DNA of 64,000 nt from Alloascoidea hylecoeti (taxonomy: Eukaryota). The notes below the pieces were generated by a model. That model saw only the letters and a list, made by a program, of their open reading frames with translations, made no database searches and was not told where the DNA came from. The translations under genes and the position numbers were made by a program. This document shows positions 60,089 through 64,000 of the stretch, one piece after another (position 1 is the first letter of the stretch; each line of letters opens with the position of its first letter). Where the stretch lies: the NCBI GenBank assembly GCA_001600815.1, contig BCKZ01000006.1, forward strand, positions 124,001 to 188,000. The letters are read 5' to 3'.

Positions 60089-60452
60089 TCAATCTTTGGC
60101 AATTAAAATTTGCTTATGCTTCCTATTCTTTAATGACTGCCATTGATGTTAGCTATTTATCTTTTTGTTTTGTGATGAGCATATTTTTGGAACCACATAC
60201 GTACATATATATATATTTATAGTAAGAGACTTTGCAATATGTCATAGTTAAGATTAGAATCGTGAAGGATGAATATACTGTTAATGTTTATCTCCTGCAC
60301 ATTCTGTGGTAATGGTTGCACCCAATAACATAACCTGAAACTAGGTTCATATTTAGTACTTCTCCATCAATCACCCTCTTTTTTCTTGTTGTAATTGTTT
60401 TCATTTCCCACGATTAATCAAGTCTTAGTTATATAAATAAATATTGATTAAA

Positions 60453-61523
60453 ATGCCGCTATTGAAAACAACTGGAGCTCGGATAAATGTGCGTAAGAAG
60501 ACGTCAGATGATCTATCAACCTTCATCCTTAGATCCTTATTTCTAACTTTTAGAAAAGTATTTCTTACCAAATTTATTAAAAAATTCAATAGAACATCAA
60601 TCCCGTTGTATTACTACAAAAATGTCAAATTTTGATTTAAAGAAGGCTAAGATTTTGGAAATCCGAGAGATGGTAAGTATAATAATAATAATAATACAAG
60701 AAAATGAAGGATTATATATCGATTACTAACTTGTTATATCTTTTAAAATATTATAGGGTCCTTCTGAAGCTAAATGGATTCAAGTATGATAATGAATGGT
60801 ATTAATATTACCATTGATATTGTCTAACATTAATGTTTTGATGATTAGTTGGATAAAATCCGTTATCAGGATGCCGTTGGAAATGGTATGATTCCATGTA
60901 TTACAATGCCCTTTCTAAATCATTTAAATGGAAACTAACTAATTCATTTGAACAATTAATTTAGAAAGAGTATGGGAAATGAGTTCCAGAAAAACTAGAG
61001 CCAAAGATTCGAAGGTTGATGGTATGTTTAATTAAGATATATCATTATCTATCATATATTAATTTTTATAGCGGTTGCAATTACTGGCCTGTTAATGAAA
61101 GAAGGAGGGCCTGAAATAATTTTACAAAAACAATTCCGTCCTCCCACAGAAGGTGTCTGTATTGAACTTCCCGCCGGTCTTCTAGAAGCAAATGAATCAT
61201 TTGAAGAATGTGCAATTAGGGAATTAGAAGAAGAAACTGGATATATTGGAACTCCAAGTAAAATTTCATCGATAGCTTACAGTGATCCAGGATTTTGCAA
61301 TACAAATTTAGTAAACGTTCAAGTTAATATTGATTTAAATGATGAAAGAAATCAAAAGTTGAAGGCCAAACCCGAAAAGGGTGAATTTATTGAAACTTTT
61401 ACGATTCCGGTTGCTTCTTTATGGGCTGATTTGGAGAGTTTAGAAAAAGAAGGGTATTTGATTGATGCTCGTCTTCAAAACATTGCCCTTGGTCTTGAGA
61501 TGAGTAAATCCTTGAATAAATGA
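60453..61523 (+). CDS. YSA1: ADP-ribose pyrophosphatase (Nudix, NUDT5-like); join(60453..60492,60554..60672,60757..60783,60849..60885,60965..61021,61072..61523)
   Basis: Splicing yields AKWIQLDKIRYQDAVGNERVWEMSSRKTR..VDAVAI..LQKQFRPP..IELPAGL..CAIRELEEETGY..SDPGF..GEFIE..IDARL. The first exon is less certain; alternative ATG at 60622. Confidence 0.9.
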
Positions 61524-61749
61524 ATAAGAATATATGAATAAATGAATAAGAATAAGAATAAATGTGTTTATATAGATGAACAGAAATAAAGTAGATAAGA
61601 GTAATCAAGAGCAGGTCTAATCTTATAAAGTATGGGGAAATGTGGATAATGGGGTTACCCTGCCATATTGTCACAAAAGGACACGCCTCTTCTGATACTT
61701 TCCATCTTTATCCCCATTTATTAACATTCGACCAGATTATTCACCAATT

Positions 61750-64000
61750 ATGTCCTCAGACAGCCAAAATCGAGGATCCTCTTTATTAGGGATGGCCCTA
61801 GAGCAACAACAACGGGCGAGATCATACTCAACGAATAACGCTCTTTCAAATCCAACTTATCTTCTATCAAATGGTAACTCATTATCTCAGATGATTCAAC
61901 CCACACAAACTGCCTCGCTCCTTGGAAATCATATGACAAGACTACGTGCCCAGACTGTGTCCACCCGACCGGATATGTCTTTGCAGCCTCATAATTCCTC
62001 TGAGGATACTGAGAATCTGAAATGGACGACATCTCTACAAGATACTGCACTAGGTCCCACACGAACCTTATGTATAATGAACTTGCCTAGTTCGGTAACC
62101 GATTCCACCTTACATGATATTCTTAAAAATTTTGGGCTAATCACAAGTATTAAATTAATCCAGCAAGAAGGATGTGCTTTGGTAGAATTTGACACTGTAG
62201 ACTCATCAATGGAAGCTAAAGTCTCTCTCAATCATTTAGAGTTTGTCCCTGGTGTTCCATGTATTACTGCATTTGCGAAATATATTAAGAATGTTCAACA
62301 AAAACAGCAGTTAATACCCCCTGCGTTGGAGACACAACTTGAAGAGAATGATCAAGAAGAATACGAGGAAGAAGAAGAGGAAGAAAAAGAAAAAGACGCC
62401 GTTAAGCATGCCCCAGAATTGTCACAAATTTCTGATGATTTAATAGCAATCTATGAAGAATTAGACTCTGATAATAGGGTTTATATTAAGGACGCAATTT
62501 TGATTGCAGAAACAAACAATTATGAACCAGACTTTCCAGCTTTACCGATAACTAATTCAAGACAGACTGATTCCTCACAACTTCGTGATTTTCGTAGAAG
62601 GCTTGATACTCCGACAGCAACAGAAGAAGATGGTAATGAAATCGCTAATACATTAATGTCAGAAATTGATATTCTAGCAAGTGATTATTTAGGTAATACA
62701 ATTGTTCAAAAATTATTTGAATTATGTTCAATTGACGTAAGATTAAAGATAATTGAAAAATTATCATCATTTATGGCATCTATTGGTATTCATAAAAATG
62801 GAACATGGGCTGTTCAGAAATTAATAAATGTCGCACAATCATCAGAAGAGCAATTATTAATTTCAAAGTCATTACAACCATATACAAAATTATTATTTAA
62901 TGATCAATTTGGTAATTATGTTTTACAAGGATGTCTTAAATTTTCACCTCCATATAACAACTTTATCTATGATGGTATAATGTCTGGTTTCCATGAAGTT
63001 TCACTTGGTAGATTTGGTGCAAGGGCAATAAGAGCATGTTTAGAGAGTTCTTTTTCTTCAAAACAACAAATTTTAACTGTTGTTGCTTTGGTTTCTGTTT
63101 ATTTTGAAACACTTTGTTTTGATAGTAATGGAGGTTTACTTATTTCATGGTTATTAGAATCTGATCTAAAACAAAGCTATACAGTAATTTCTAAGAAACT
63201 AATTAATATGGAAAGGAATAAGTTTATTGATATCTGTACTAATAAAATTGGAAGTGCTGCTGTTTTAAAAGTTATTGGAAATAAGGATGATGTCAATGCA
63301 AGAAATGCAGTTTTACATAGAATATTCCCAACAATATCATTAGAATCTGTTGAAAATACTAAAGATAAAGACGCAGATACAGATAAAGTTGAAGATGAAA
63401 ATGAAAATGAAAATGAAAATGAAAATAAAAATGAGAATGAAGTAAATGAAAGTGAAAATGAAAATGAAGCAGTGTTGGAAACGATTCTTCAAGATGCATC
63501 TCATGGACCTACATTTATATATAAGATTCTTACATCATCATCTTCATTTTGGGATCAAGAGCAAAAAGCACAGGCGATTACATTAATAAGAAATGTGTTA
63601 ATTACCTTGAATGTTAATAATAATTACTATAGAAGACTTTTTGATGAGGTTGGATTACCAAACCAGAATCAAGGCACTGGCCAAGGGCAATCAAAGAGAC
63701 ATCATCATCACCACCATGGATATGGAAATGGTAATGGAAACGGTAATCCAAATGTAAATAATAACAATGGGAATAATAGTGTCAAACATCGAGGAGGTGC
63801 ACGTGGGTATGGAACAGGATATCAAGATTATCAAACAATGCCATATATTAATCAATTACAAGGAAATATTCAACCTCCACAGCTACAACAATATGATTAT
63901 CAGAATCAAGGAGGTGTTGAATTGTCTCAACACTTTGAGCAAATGAATCTAGGACAGAACCTGGGTCAATATTACGAACAACCCTCAGCTCTATTACAAC
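61750..64000 (+). CDS. RRM plus Pumilio RNA-binding protein, Jsn1(Puf1)/Puf2 family, 3' end runs off the window
   Basis: Frame-1 ORF from ATG 61750: RRM (GPTRTLCIMNLP..CALVEF..AFAK), Puf repeats (SDYLGNTIVQKLF, HKNGTWAVQK, DQFGNYVLQ, GRFGARAIRACLE), an EN repeat and a Q/N/G-rich tail; no stop before 64000. Confidence 0.92.
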   Translation, partial: MSSDSQNRGSSLLGMALEQQQRARSYSTNNALSNPTYLLSNGNSLSQMIQPTQTASLLGNHMTRLRAQTVSTRPDMSLQPHNSSEDTENLKWTTSLQDTALGPTRTLCIMNLPSSVTDSTLHDILKNFGLITSIKLIQQEGCALVEFDTVDSSMEAKVSLNHLEFVPGVPCITAFAKYIKNVQQKQQLIPPALETQLEENDQEEYEEEEEEEKEKDAVKHAPELSQISDDLIAIYEELDSDNRVYIKDAILIAETNNYEPDFPALPITNSRQTDSSQLRDFRRRLDTPTATEEDGNEIANTLMSEIDILASDYLGNTIVQKLFELCSIDVRLKIIEKLSSFMASIGIHKNGTWAVQKLINVAQSSEEQLLISKSLQPYTKLLFNDQFGNYVLQGCLKFSPPYNNFIYDGIMSGFHEVSLGRFGARAIRACLESSFSSKQQILTVVALVSVYFETLCFDSNGGLLISWLLESDLKQSYTVISKKLINMERNKFIDICTNKIGSAAVLKVIGNKDDVNARNAVLHRIFPTISLESVENTKDKDADTDKVEDENENENENENKNENEVNESENENEAVLETILQDASHGPTFIYKILTSSSSFWDQEQKAQAITLIRNVLITLNVNNNYYRRLFDEVGLPNQNQGTGQGQSKRHHHHHHGYGNGNGNGNPNVNNNNGNNSVKHRGGARGYGTGYQDYQTMPYINQLQGNIQPPQLQQYDYQNQGGVELSQHFEQMNLGQNLGQYYEQPSALLQ

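Overview
AT-rich genomic DNA from a budding yeast (Saccharomycotina-type genes). It uses the standard code (CTG sits at invariant Leu positions), is unusually intron-rich and has retained Argonaute. About 19 protein-coding genes are supported: OPT peptide transporter (partial), IPT1, a hypothetical protein, SNQ2/PDR ABC transporter, DCP2, AGO1, PUT1, a divergent PMA H+-ATPase, DUT1, a secondary alcohol dehydrogenase, an ARO8/9-type aminotransferase, HOG1, a CAT8/SIP4/FacB-type zinc-cluster factor, a four-exon 86-aa Ego2/LAMTOR5-like microgene missed by the ORF track, RPL43, a coiled-coil hypothetical protein, YSA1 and JSN1/PUF2 (partial). The intergenic DNA holds a box H/ACA snoRNA whose 3' pocket matches 25S rRNA U2351 (snR82-like), three decayed pogo/Fot1 transposase relics, one Tc1 relic and three MITE-like inverted-repeat elements. 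The most notable arrangement is a tandem DCP2-AGO1 pair (RGG-tailed, DEDD slicer) followed by a hairpin-forming MITE, in a window where every recognisable transposase is dead. All family assignments come from motif recognition and recalled reference sequences; no searches were run.
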